Below are positions 48,276 through 59,700 of a DNA stretch of 64,000 bases, piece by piece (the first letter of the stretch is position 1; the number at the start of each line of letters is the position of its first letter). A program made the translations under genes and the position numbers. The stretch lies in contig DF237240.1 of assembly GCA_000708835.1 (NCBI GenBank), forward strand, positions 2,928 to 66,927. Reading direction: 5' to 3'. Under the pieces are notes generated by a model that saw only the letters and a program-made list of their open reading frames with translations, had not been told where the DNA came from and made no database searches. This stretch comes from Klebsormidium nitens (Eukaryota > Plantae > Klebsormidiophyceae).

Positions 48276-51200
48276 ATGGTCACTGAGAGTGAGGATCAGA
48301 TCCCTGAGGAGACCGAGGGCGGGGGAATTGACGAAATTCCTTTCCGCCAATTGGCCGACAAGACACTTCTGTCTCCAGTAAGGATTGCACCACCATGTCC
48401 CCCATTGAATGCTCAAAGACCGCTCTCCTCTAGGCCCCAATTGAGGTTGCCGCTGAAGACTGGGTGCAATTACGATCACATCATTGGTTCCTTCTATGTT
48501 GATGCATTGAGGCTTCCTTGCACTGTGCAGTGGGAAATTCCATTTATCGCATAGCGATTGATATGTTCAGAACTGGTATCACCATTTTAATCAAGGGCTT
48601 TCCTTACCCTTGCTGATGGTTCCTCTGGATCCTATGTCTCAGTAGTCTGGCTAGCCTAGAATTGCGGCTCGTTTGTAGTAGTTTCAGAGTCTGGCAACTC
48701 AACTACGGACTTTTCATCAATCACTCACGGAAAACTTGTTCGGCATCATGCACACCACCCTCATCAAGACAGCGCCAAAGGGCCATTCACATTCCAGAGC
48801 TGGTTTTGAAGGAAGTTTCATCAATCATGCACAATCATTAGGAACCATCAGAAAGTGTACACAACTCCAGCTCTGCATTTCTGTGTTATGCAATCTTCCC
48901 TGTCAAACCGGCTCCAATTCATTGCTGGTTGACCACGTGCGCTCTAGCTCTTGAGGTGCCAAGCTAAGGAAGGAGGCCACCGGCCCCTGGAACCTCACGT
49001 TCTGTGCATCTTCAGACCCGTGAAGACCTAACGTTTTCAGATGTTAACTAGTTAAACAACTTGACATGAGTCTTATCTTGCCCCACTCCCCAGGTGCTGA
49101 TTGCGTCATGGAGCCCCACCATGGACTTGCTTGCGATGGCCACCGCCGATGGCCAGCTGATGGTACACCGGCTCAACTGGCAGAGGCTCTGGACTGTGAC
49201 CCCAGGTGATACTTCCTTACTTTACTTACCTTAGTTCGTTCAAAGCAGCCCAAGCCTTCACTGTTTTTGCAGTTCCTGGTCCTTCTGCCTGGTTTAAGAA
49301 GTAGAGAAACTGGTCCTGTATGCCGATCTTGAAAAGCCCCAGCTTTGCCTCCAGCTGCCCTTGTTATTGGAACTTTTGATCGGAAGGAGCTCTTGCCCTT
49401 GAAGACGTTTCTTCTAAGGTTCCGCAGAAGACCTTTCGTAGCTTTCTGGTTTTGAAGCAGCCTCTTGCACCTTTGTGCCTTCTATTTCATTCTAGAAACA
49501 TGCCAAGCTTCGTGAAAAGCTGATTTTGCTGATGAGGATTTGAGATGCTTTGCAGCCCATGCGGTGACCGCGCTTTGCTGGCAACCAAACGGGAAAGTTC
49601 TGGCGGCAGGACGGGAGGACGGCGGGGTTGTGCTGTATGACGTGGAGGTGAGATGAGCACCTGTGCAACCTTGTGTTCCTGGGGTTGTACCATGAGTGAT
49701 TGGATTCGGCTGGCGTCACGTAAGAGTAAGTGCTTGAACACCTCACAACAGACGCGCGGTGATATTCTGTCCACATGTGAAGATATTCTGTGGGTCTCGA
49801 GTCACAGAGATCAACGACTTGCAATTTCGTATTTATCGGCTAGTAGGATTGATGCGACAACCTGCGTCAAGGGCCTTCTATGCGCCATTGCCACAGTAGC
49901 TGGTTGAAGTACAGCTTTCAAGGCGTCCGGTTGGGTGACTCCTAAAAGACCCTGACAAACATTACTTTACTTTACTCACAACCTTCGAAAATCAAGTCAT
50001 CTTTGAGGTACGAACTGTTCTCTGTTGGTACAGACCGGCGAGGTGCATCGCCAGCTGGCGGAGCACAGCGCCGCCGTCACCTGCATGGAGTGGGTGGAGG
50101 AGGACGCTGAAGTGGGGGTGAGTTGCTCCTGCTTTTCTAGACCACTTTCCTCAAGAAGGTTTCTGCATATTGTCAGCGCGACGGCTGCTCGCTGACGTCA
50201 TGCCTACAGTCTTGAGCGATCCGAGAATCCATGGACAGACTTAAACGACTGATGTTCTCTCATGTACGACCAGCCCTTGCCGTAAACCCGAAATGGCACT
50301 TCAAACGCTTCTGTTCGACCGGATGTACGATCTTTCAAAGCGGAAGGCTTCATGTTGAAACTTTTGTGGGCGACCTCTGCATTATAAAAACGCACGTGGT
50401 CGTTCTGGAAAGCTGAACAACTTCAATCCTTGTTATTAGTTTTCTCGTCCCGCCCTCAATTATCGCCCTCCGGCCCTTCTTCAGGCCTCCCCAGACAGCG
50501 TCTTCAGCTACACCGACCGCACCGCCCGCTTCTTCCCCCTCTGCCCCCCCCCTCCCCAAGGCCCCGAATCCACCCCCCTGGCCGCATTTGACGTCACTGC
50601 CAGCAGCGAGCCCGGCGCCGCCCCTGCTGACAAGGCCTCCGGCAGCCTTTCGTCAAGATTGAGCATCCTGAGTAGCGCCGACAGTCAGGGGCTGGTCTGC
50701 TTACAGGCTCTGGGGGCGTTCCTGATCGGGAAGGTGAACCTGAGGGAGGTCGAGTTTCAGGAGCCGATGGAACCGGGGAAGTTCACCGGGGTGCTGCCGC
50801 AAAAGATGCGCGACGCGGAGGTCGTCAAGGTGAGTGACGGAGGGTGGGGGTGTGAAGCTGCTTATCAGTAATATAAGGCGAAAAGTCAACCATTTGCTGG
50901 TCTGCGGCACATATGCTTCACTGACGTGCTTCCCCCTGTCAAAATGCTGACAATCTGGGCGTTCCGTGAGGGACGACTGGATGCGTATCTGAGGGGTCGC
51001 CTGTCGCTTATGTCAGCCCTAAAGCTAGAGCACGGGAGGGGATTGATTGTCATCTGGTCTCTCCTTATACTTTGATTGCTGGAACGAGGAAACATTTCAT
51101 CCGCTGAAGCAGCTTCAGCATACTTGCTTTGCCCTCTGATCTTGTTGGTTGTAATTCATCCATCAGGCTCTCTCTCGTTAACCTCCGCTAAATGCAGATG

Positions 51201-54200
51201 GTGCCCGCACTTTCGTGCTTCAACCTAAGGGAATGAAATCAGTTCGACCTTTCAGCTTGTATATTTGAAACTCTCGAAGGAATTGTGAAAAAAGGCGGTA
51301 GGAGGGAGGCAACCGGCTCGACAGTCGGCAGAAGATATCCCAAACGTTGCGCGTGCGCTGAGCCGTTTTGTGAATGGAGTCCGCCTCTCTTTGAGCACTC
51401 GAACCATGCCCGGAAAATTGTTTTCTGGACCTGTCAACAGAAAGCAAGTTCAAAGGGGAAGATTAGCCGACCAGTCGGCCACACTCATATCCATTCCTGT
51501 GTCCTGCATGCAGACCAGCCTTTCTTCCGACCTTCGCCACCTGTCCATCGTCGCCCGGGGAACTTTCGGCGTTGTCCCGGTCACTCCTCCCGGGCGGCTC
51601 AAGTCTCGAAGCGCCCCTGCTCCGAAGCCGGTACAGGGCCCCCCGGGGCTGTATATGTTGTCGGTGGATGCGGGGCTGCTGGGGGATCGGAAGAACGAGC
51701 TGTTGCAGGTCGCCATCCAGGTGAGAAGTAGCGGTGTGTGCAGCCAATTCACCAATTGTGGACGTCTGCAAGTTACTCCGGTAATTCTCGTTTGTTTCAA
51801 GGGCCGATTGCTTTATGATACGCACCCGGGGGACGGTCGGGTTTAGTTTGGGGGTAAGGGTGGGTGCGGGTGCAAGCACGTAGTATCTTGGGTCAGGGGT
51901 TTTTAATGAAGTGCCCGGGGCTTGTGTATCCTGAAAGAGTTTCCTGTTGATGCAATCTCGACTTACCAGTATCTGCAAGTCGTCGTTTGGAAAGACTTCG
52001 GGAACTGTAGACCATGCGGTCCCCTCTTACGTTAAGGCGATGACTGCTCAGGGTCTCGTCGAGAATGTAGGATTGGGTTTGGATACTCGTAGTGTATTAT
52101 AATAATGTTTTCTGCCTTCTGTTCCCCCCCAGTATCTTCACACTTTCATTCAATATCTCAGTCCACGTCCCTTTAGCTTTGCAACAACACGCATCTTTCT
52201 CTGGTCCCTGGCATCGCTGTTTCTGTCCGTGATATCAGACCCCACTCTGATCTACCGTCTCCACTCCTGCATCAGTTTTTAACTTCCATCCTCAGGCCTC
52301 GACGTGCGCCCGTCCTTGACGCCGTATCGAAGACGCTAAAACTCATATTGCAACGGCAAGATACCTATCCCCTTCGTCATCTGACTCTTACAACCGCTCC
52401 CCCGGTTGCCCCTTTCAGGCCTCCAGTATCACGACTCTCGTCGACACCGCGCAGCAAACCCTCGACGCCATGATCAAGCAGTGGGAAGGCGCGTACGGCG
52501 ACTGGAAGAAGCGCATCGTCGAACTGATCCAGATTCTAAACAAGCAAGAACGGGAGGGGTTTGAAGCAAACCCCCGGGACGAGTTTCTGGCGCTGCTGTC
52601 GTGCGGGCTGGCAACGGCGGGGCTGCACCAGTTCCTGACGGGGGCGATGGGCGAGCAGGGGGTCAAGCGCCTCGCGAGGACCATGGACGTCGCGTGTGAG
52701 TCGTGGCTGACGTCACTCGTTTGCGCGCAACTGTCTGGTGCCGTGTGCTCCGCGTCTGTCATAGAATGATCCATCGGCCGTTAAGGGAATATGTATTGGG
52801 CGTCTGGTTTTTGTGTGCGCATTGGGTGGAGGAGAATGCAAGCAGCAAGATGGCGGGGAACACGGAGGTTGGTGTCTGGGTTTGCTCGACGTCCTTTTTA
52901 TGAGGGCGCTCTTCGGGGCAGTTTTGGCTCCCGGGAATGTATTCCTGAGGCAAGTAAGGACCAGGGAGCGGCTTTCAGTCGTTAGGACGGAACAATCTAT
53001 TCCGCCTAGAGTTACTGGTCCAGGTTTGCCTCTGCAGCACACAGTAACGGAACGTTAGGCGGGGCGCATAGTTTCCCAAGACGCTGGATTGACCACAAAA
53101 CAGTGCTCTTGCCTTGCTGACGACGCTCTCGTGCCCCTCTCCCTGTTGCTGTTGTCTTCTTAGCGGCACCGTTGGGTTGATGGCTCAGGGCGGTTCTGCT
53201 CACCCCATTCAAAGCACATGCGCACGTTAAGTGCGTCCTTTCCCGCTCAGGTGCAAACATCCACGCACTTGCGGCCGAGACGCTTCAACCGGTCCTTGAA
53301 GTGCTGACGTTCCGGTTGGGCGAGCTGCGCGGCCTTGCCCGGTGGAAGGCCCGCCTGGGGCCCCTCGGTGTGAATGAGCTCGCGCTGAACGAGCCGCTCG
53401 AGTACGCGAAGCAGACCATGGTGCACACGGAGCGGCTGCTGCGGAAGACGGCGACCATGTGCGGGGAGGTGAGCGTATTCACATCTTTGCCAGGCTGTGA
53501 TCTTTTGGTGCACGCGGAACGGCTCTTGCGAACGACGGAAAGCATGAGCGGGAGGGTGAGCGTATTTACATCTTTCCTAGGTGCTTTGTGCACACGGAGC
53601 GGCTGCTGCGGGAAATGGCGACCATGTGCGGGGAGGTGAGTGTATTTAGAATTGGAGCCCAAGTCTGACAACGGAGAAAACTGGTGATCGATGTGGCAAA
53701 GGCAGCAAACCTGATGGGAAGGCAACTCGTTCAGAATTGAATACGGCACAGATTCGCTGGTTCGCTTAGTGTCACGTAGCTTGCGCCAGCTTTACATTTG
53801 TAGCCACATAGTGCAGGTAGTGTCGCTTCTTTCACTGGCTACTACAAAAGTCAACCTTTGAGCATTTTCAAGAAAAATCAAAAAAGAGTGTAATCCTCGA
53901 CAAACTCGTTCCGGAGTACCGCGTCCTCTTCACGCGGTTCCTCTGCCGCTCCCACAACCCGTTCGTATTGAGATCTTTCAGGAGATTGCTGTCTAAATGA
54001 ACCCAGGATATCACTTGGTCCTTAAGGCCTGGCATCATCCCTTCCGCGTCTTCTTCGCTTGGCTCCTCGCCTGAGTCACGCTTTTCCGCATAACAACTCC
54101 ACTCACTGCAATGCCACTCAATCATTCCAAGCAGTACCGCTCCTTTCAGTGGCTTCGTCCGACGACCGATTGATTTCGCATCATGTATGAAGGATTTCAA

Positions 54201-57200
54201 CTCCCAACATACTCTTGTTGCATTATCGCGTCTTCTTCACGTGGCTCCTCCGCTGCATCAAGATGCCTAGACAATCTGGGCCTTTATAACGAGACCTCTT
54301 AGAAACTTATAAACGATTCTAAATTCGCTGAAGATTTCAACTTTCGACGGCCCACGAATTGGCAGTTTTTTCGGAACGCGCCCAGCATGTTTCTTACATC
54401 TGTTTCTTACATCCTTACGTCCTGGCATCCCTCCGCAGTACCGCGTCTTCTTCACGTGGCTCCTCCGCTGCATCAAGACGCTCAACCAGGAGCCCCTCCC
54501 CGCGCCCACTGCCAACGACGCCCTGCCCCCCGTCAGCACCGAAGCGGTCGCCGACTTTCTGCAGCCCAAGTTCGACTGGGACCCTTTGGCTGATCTGCTC
54601 AGCCGAAAAGACATGGACCCGTTACCGGCGATGGACGAGCAAGGAAAGGAGTTGATGCAAGGGTTGGCGGCCATGGGGGGTTTCCAGGATTACATGTTCC
54701 TGCACAACAGCTTGCGACAACAGCTGCAACGACTAAGGCACGGGTGAGATGGTTAGTCTTACTTGGCGTGTTTGAGTCTCTTTTGCTGGTGTAGTGCCTC
54801 AAAAGTTGCTTGTGAATTCTGGTCTTCAGTGACAGGTTTGTTGGTGTAGTGCCTGAGATTGGACGTAGACACCGGTTCTGGTTAGAAACAATGCGCTTCT
54901 AAATTCAAAGGTTCCAAGGTTTCGACCACCGGTAGTCAGAATTTGGCAGTGCCTTTGCAGAACGCGGTCGCAGAGGAGTTCCTCTGCTCAACCAGCTTGT
55001 TCACTTGTCCCGAGAACTCGCCTTCAGCTCGTGAGAAGGAAGCTTCACGGCGTAGCAATCCGTTTCATTCCACCGCGGCTCGAAACACCACATGAAGTAA
55101 GCTCTTCGCAGAGCGGCAACAGATTCAGAACAGCGCAAAGAAGACGAGATGATGTCAGAACTCTCGACGTTCCCGCACATCATCCCAACCCCCTCCTCGA
55201 AAATCTCCGGATCCTCTTCCTTTTCCGCAGGTGCGACGTCGCTCTATCCCTCCCGTGCAAGGTCACCTCGTCCGCTCTCCGCATCACAAGCACGGTCCTT
55301 CTCTGCCCGTCCCCCTCCGGAGCTTCTGACCCCGCAAAGAGGCCCATGCTGACGTCAGCCTTCGTGAAAGCGCCGGCGGCGCGTGCCGACTCCAACGCGG
55401 AGGCGTCGACGGGCATGGAAGAGGACGAGGAGATGGGGAAGGGACCCTGGGAGTACTGGTGCTTGAAGCCAGGTAGGATTGCGACGTCCCCGAACTCAGG
55501 AATTCGAAGCTGTTGGGTTTTGCAGTCCAACTTGCAGGGATCGCGGGGTAGAGAACTGGAAGTCAGAATACTGGGTAAGAATTGGGAGAGTACTGAGGAG
55601 TAGATTTGTGGGATAGCTAGTGACTTGCAGGATCTCGTGGGTCGGACACTGTTGTTGGTGCTGAAAACCCAACATGAAAAGTCCAACATATCCAGTCACA
55701 CCCATCTGTTGCTCAGAGAAAATGAGTCGGAGTCGATAGAATGGGCTTCAGGGATACTAACAACAGCATCGTTTTTAATGCTTCAGCGGAAGCGTTAATC
55801 TGCGCTTTGAGGCTTGGGCTCAGTCTCCGTCGTCTTCCAGCTCAATACTGCAGGGGCGGCTCTGGTAGTCCTTGTGTTGACCAGATGGGTGCACTTAGAC
55901 GCTATCCAACAGTAGACAGCCTTTTCGAGCTCGTTCAACATTCTTCCCGAATCAACCCGGAAGCCGCCTTCCTCAAAGCACAGCAAGAAGCACGTTCAGT
56001 CACCATACTTGGAATTTGATACCGGCTTCACCAGATTGCCTCTTCTGAGTTGCTCACAATCTGGCAGTTGAAGGCACTTCTCACAAGATTTCATCATCCG
56101 TAGCATGTGCAGGAGCGAACGCCGGTGACGCCGCTTCGTCATGCGACCCCCAGCACTCTCGACCCCTGCTCGTGCTCCGGAGACGGCCACCCAGGGACGG
56201 ACACGTGTCGCCCGAAGACTGGCCGGCCGCTGCCCGCGAGATCACCCCTTTGGATCCGGAGAGCTTCTCCTTTGACGCCAGCCCGCAAACCGACCGGCAG
56301 TGGAAAGAACTGGCGGCGCTGAAAGTCCCGGTGTGGACGCAGAAAGGAAGTCTGGTGCCGTACGATGACCGAGCGTTCGAAGCAGTAGCGGTAGCGCTGG
56401 GGAACTGGCCGGGCAACGGAGGGAAGACGATCGTCGATTTGGGGTTCTACAAGGTGATTCTATGGTCCGAGATAAAAGCTATTTCCCCTCGTTCGTGTTG
56501 TTTGGCGGGGGATAACTAGCATTTTTTGATATAAGAAGCGCTGAGCAAAATGGTGCTTCTGGCCTTAGTTGCTCGGTTCAATTGGTGAACGCCCAACTTC
56601 TGCTTTTCCTTTCACGTGAGATCCGGACAAGTTTACGCAAATTCTGCAATCTTGCTGTACTGCAAAAGTGCTGTTTCTTGGTCTGCCCTAGCCTCTCTTT
56701 TCCTGTTTCCTTCGACTACCTTGCTGAAATCTGCTACAGTAGCTTGCGCAAGGCAGGCAGGCCACCCTTCTCAAACTCAAACCAGAGCTGCTGTCAGCCT
56801 GGCATTGTCGAGGTGCAAGCGGCGTTGCCCTTGCCCGCGGGGGGCGTTTCCCTCTCTATATGTTCTCCCTCCAACATTTTCTGCAAAGGCTCTCCTTTTG
56901 GGACCGTGATCTTGACTGACGTAATATGGTACAATTCCGCAGGACGGCGAGATCGCCGTTCTTGTCCGGGACGAGTCTCCGGACGCTCGGTCGTGGCTGC
57001 TGCTGCTGCCCACGGGCGACCTCCCCTTTGCTCCGGTCGGGAATACGCTCGTGGACAAGGAACCGATGGCGCTGCTCGCGCTCTGTTTGGAGACGGTGAG
57101 CGAAGCAGACTCTAGCAGTTTGTGATTCTTGGGCTTGCCATTTTGATTCTGATCTTGAAATCCTGTACCGCAGGTTGGCTTCCCCTTTTTTAGCTCGCCT

Positions 57201-58316
57201 AGATTTATGTATCTGCTTGGGGGCCTTCTGGTGATCCGCCGTTATTATCTGGCGAATGCTTTTGAATCTCTGTTGGGTTAACTGGGATCTTTTGGAGACC
57301 CAACCGGGATTTTGTGGGAGAGTGCCTAGTTGCACTCTTGTGAAGATGGTCTGTTGATACTTTACCGGCGTCCTTCTCGGTACAGTGTGTTAGTGCCCTT
57401 GGCATACAACGATTCTTAAACCGAAACGCTGGATAAGTTCTTACGCCGTCTACCATACAACAGAAGACGACATAATCGATACACTTTGCTCGAGACATTC
57501 ACCCCTGCGGACCTCTAGGAGGGATGTACCTGAGAAGGAACAGTCATTCAAACCCTAAGCAACCGTAATAGCCCCGCGCGTTGTTGGACGGTAAACTGCT
57601 GGCCACGTAGAGTGGGTCAGTTTTTCCGGTGCGCAGACTGCTCAATCGTGTCTGTTTTGCAGGAGGCTATTCACACCGTCGACTGGGGTGAAGGCAAGCT
57701 GAGAGAGCTGTCGCTGCATGCCGCCATCACGCCCCTAGCCGTCAGCGGTACGTTTTTCCGTCTCGAGCACTTTTTTCATCACTTGCTTTGCTTGAAGCTC
57801 CCAAAGCTGGCCGTCTCTTGTTTGAATAGTGGACAGAGCTGGCCGAAACACCGGCCCCGTGATACTGCTGGAGTGTCTCTTCCGCTATGCTTGTTCAAAA
57901 GTTAGATTCGGCCAAATTTTGTGTGGCGAAAGTAGGAGCTGGTGTCCCAGAGCAGGGGGGAAAGGTCCTGATGTCTGACAGATCTGTACCAGTGTCTTCA
58001 TGACTTGGCATTCCATTTTGGCTTCCAGGAGTCGTGCAAATGGCCCTAATGATATTTGATACCACGATATTTGGTTTCCTTTTGTTTCGTTTATTTTGTA
58101 ATCACGCTGATTTGGTCCTGTCATCCAGTCATTGCAATGGCCTGCATCGGGGACGTGAAACGTCATTGGTGATTTTGTTGCTTTCTAAATCACTAACGCA
58201 TATCTTGTTTCTAACCTTTTGCAGGAAAGCGTGGCGTCGCTTGCGTATCTGCTGGACATCGGCGCATTCTACTGTACGACTTGGAGGATTCCGAGAGCAA
58301 CGAAGACGAGATCTGA
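48276..58316 (+). CDS. APC4: Anaphase-promoting complex subunit 4, 14 exons, 884 aa
   Basis: Exons 48276-48377, 49094-49205, 49556-49647, 50034-50117, 50485-50829, 51514-51720, 52419-52695, 53251-53468, 54439-54743, 55231-55472, 56113-56453, 56943-57095, 57663-57747, 58225-58316; total 2655 nt. WD40 N-terminus (WSPTMDLLAMAT...HRLNWQRLW, LCWQPNGK), Apc4 helical domain (FRLGELRGLARW, YRVFFTWLLRCIK) and C-terminus PLAVSGKRGVACV...RRILLYDLED. Confidence 0.93.
53419..53650 (+). repeat. Tandem triplication of the APC4 exon-8 3' end plus 5' splice site
   Basis: GTGCACACGGAGCGGCTGCTGCGG...ACCATGTGCGGGGAG|GTGAG-like units with the donor GT at 53469 (true), 53556 and 53636. Confidence 0.9.
53910..54480 (+). 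repeat. Degenerate array (about 100-bp spacing) of copies of the APC4 exon-9 acceptor and start
   Basis: Copies of (GCAG)TACCGCGTCTTCTTCACGTGGCTCCTCCGCTGCATCAAG at about 53917, 54043, 54135 and 54224 (near-perfect); the true exon starts at 54439. Confidence 0.8.
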
Positions 58317-59700
58317 AACCTATGTGGCAAGTGCTAGATAGTAAACAGCCGGACAATTGCCGAGCCACAAATGTCTTCACTGGAATCGCAGTACTAGATG
58401 ACTCGAGCATTGAAACATGCAAGAATCTGCGCCATGACCATTTTATATATCTGAGCATGACTTGGATCTCCAACATTCATTGGCTCAGCTCAACATGTAC
58501 CGTAGTCGGACAGCGGCTATACTTTGTTTAGCAATGCAAGCGACAAACAGAACTTAGAAGCCGTTCTCGCTCAGCGTGCAGTCATGTTCAGCATTTTCTT
58601 CCATTTTGGTATGGCTTCTCAGCGCCAAATGATTGCAATTTGCAATGTGTGGCCACCTGCATTTATACTGGATGGCAATCGGAATCCATCTTTATCCTTT
58701 TCTTAAAAGCGCAAAGCTTGATAGCCGTTGGACAGAGAGGATGTTGCGATCGGACGGTTCATAGAGAATGAGAAAAGGTCTTTTACCGTGATCCAAGACC
58801 GGTCAAATATTTGTGGCGGATGTGGGGGGCCATTCTTCAGGATTTTGGCTCGGCGCCCTCCCAAAACTGGCCCCCCGGTTGACCCCGAGCATCATGCCCG
58901 GAAGTTCCGGGGGGATTCTTCTCTTCCTTGTGGAATCTTCTCAAGCGAGTCAAGGTGCTCATCGGTGACTGCAGTTCGAGTCTCGACTCCCCTTTCGAAG
59001 GTTCAAAAGTTCGATACCGACCGCACCTTTGTCGGTACAAACTGCCATGCGTTCCCGGTTGCCCCCCCTAGCTTTTCGCACATGTGTTGTGGCCCCGGTA
59101 GTGTGTTGTCGCCGCCGGCGGCCAGCAATTTACGGGAGAGGGTACATTTACGCTGAGATCTGGGCGACTCTTGTGACCGGCCGAAGTTATCAGTCGCTTG
59201 TACGGTCACCGACTGAGATCAACTTGTGCCCCTGGTACGGTACACGGTACCTACCTGTTCCCCTATCACCTCCCAAGGCGACCAGGGCAAGGTTCGACGA
59301 CTAATGACATGTCGACCGGCTTGTATTCTGTCGCCGGGGCCACTCGTCGAACGTCCGCCAGCTTGGGGCGAGCATTTGGGACACGTTCGTCGTGCATGCT
59401 CTGGAAAGTGCACCCCGAAGTTTTGCCAGCTGGGGAGACGGTGCATGGCGCTGTGTGAATCGTGGACGAAGCTGGGCAGGAAGTCGATGAGCTGACGCGG
59501 CGGCGCCCTTGCATTTCATTGGGGAACGAAGGGTTCAGTCGCATTGCATCGTTGAGGGAAGCGCCATTACCGCCAAGCCTTCCTCATTTGACCCTGAGAG
59601 CATTTTGATAGTGCTTAGGCCTTGGGGAGGCCTTAAGAGCAGGCCTTTGAGAGCAGGCCCTTCGTTCCTCCACTCTCTGAGGGTAGGCGCCAGAGAAGTT

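Noticed and set aside
51850-51870. Canonical G-quadruplex motif in APC4 intron 6
   Set aside because: An isolated motif of a kind common in GC-rich introns, with nothing else supporting function.
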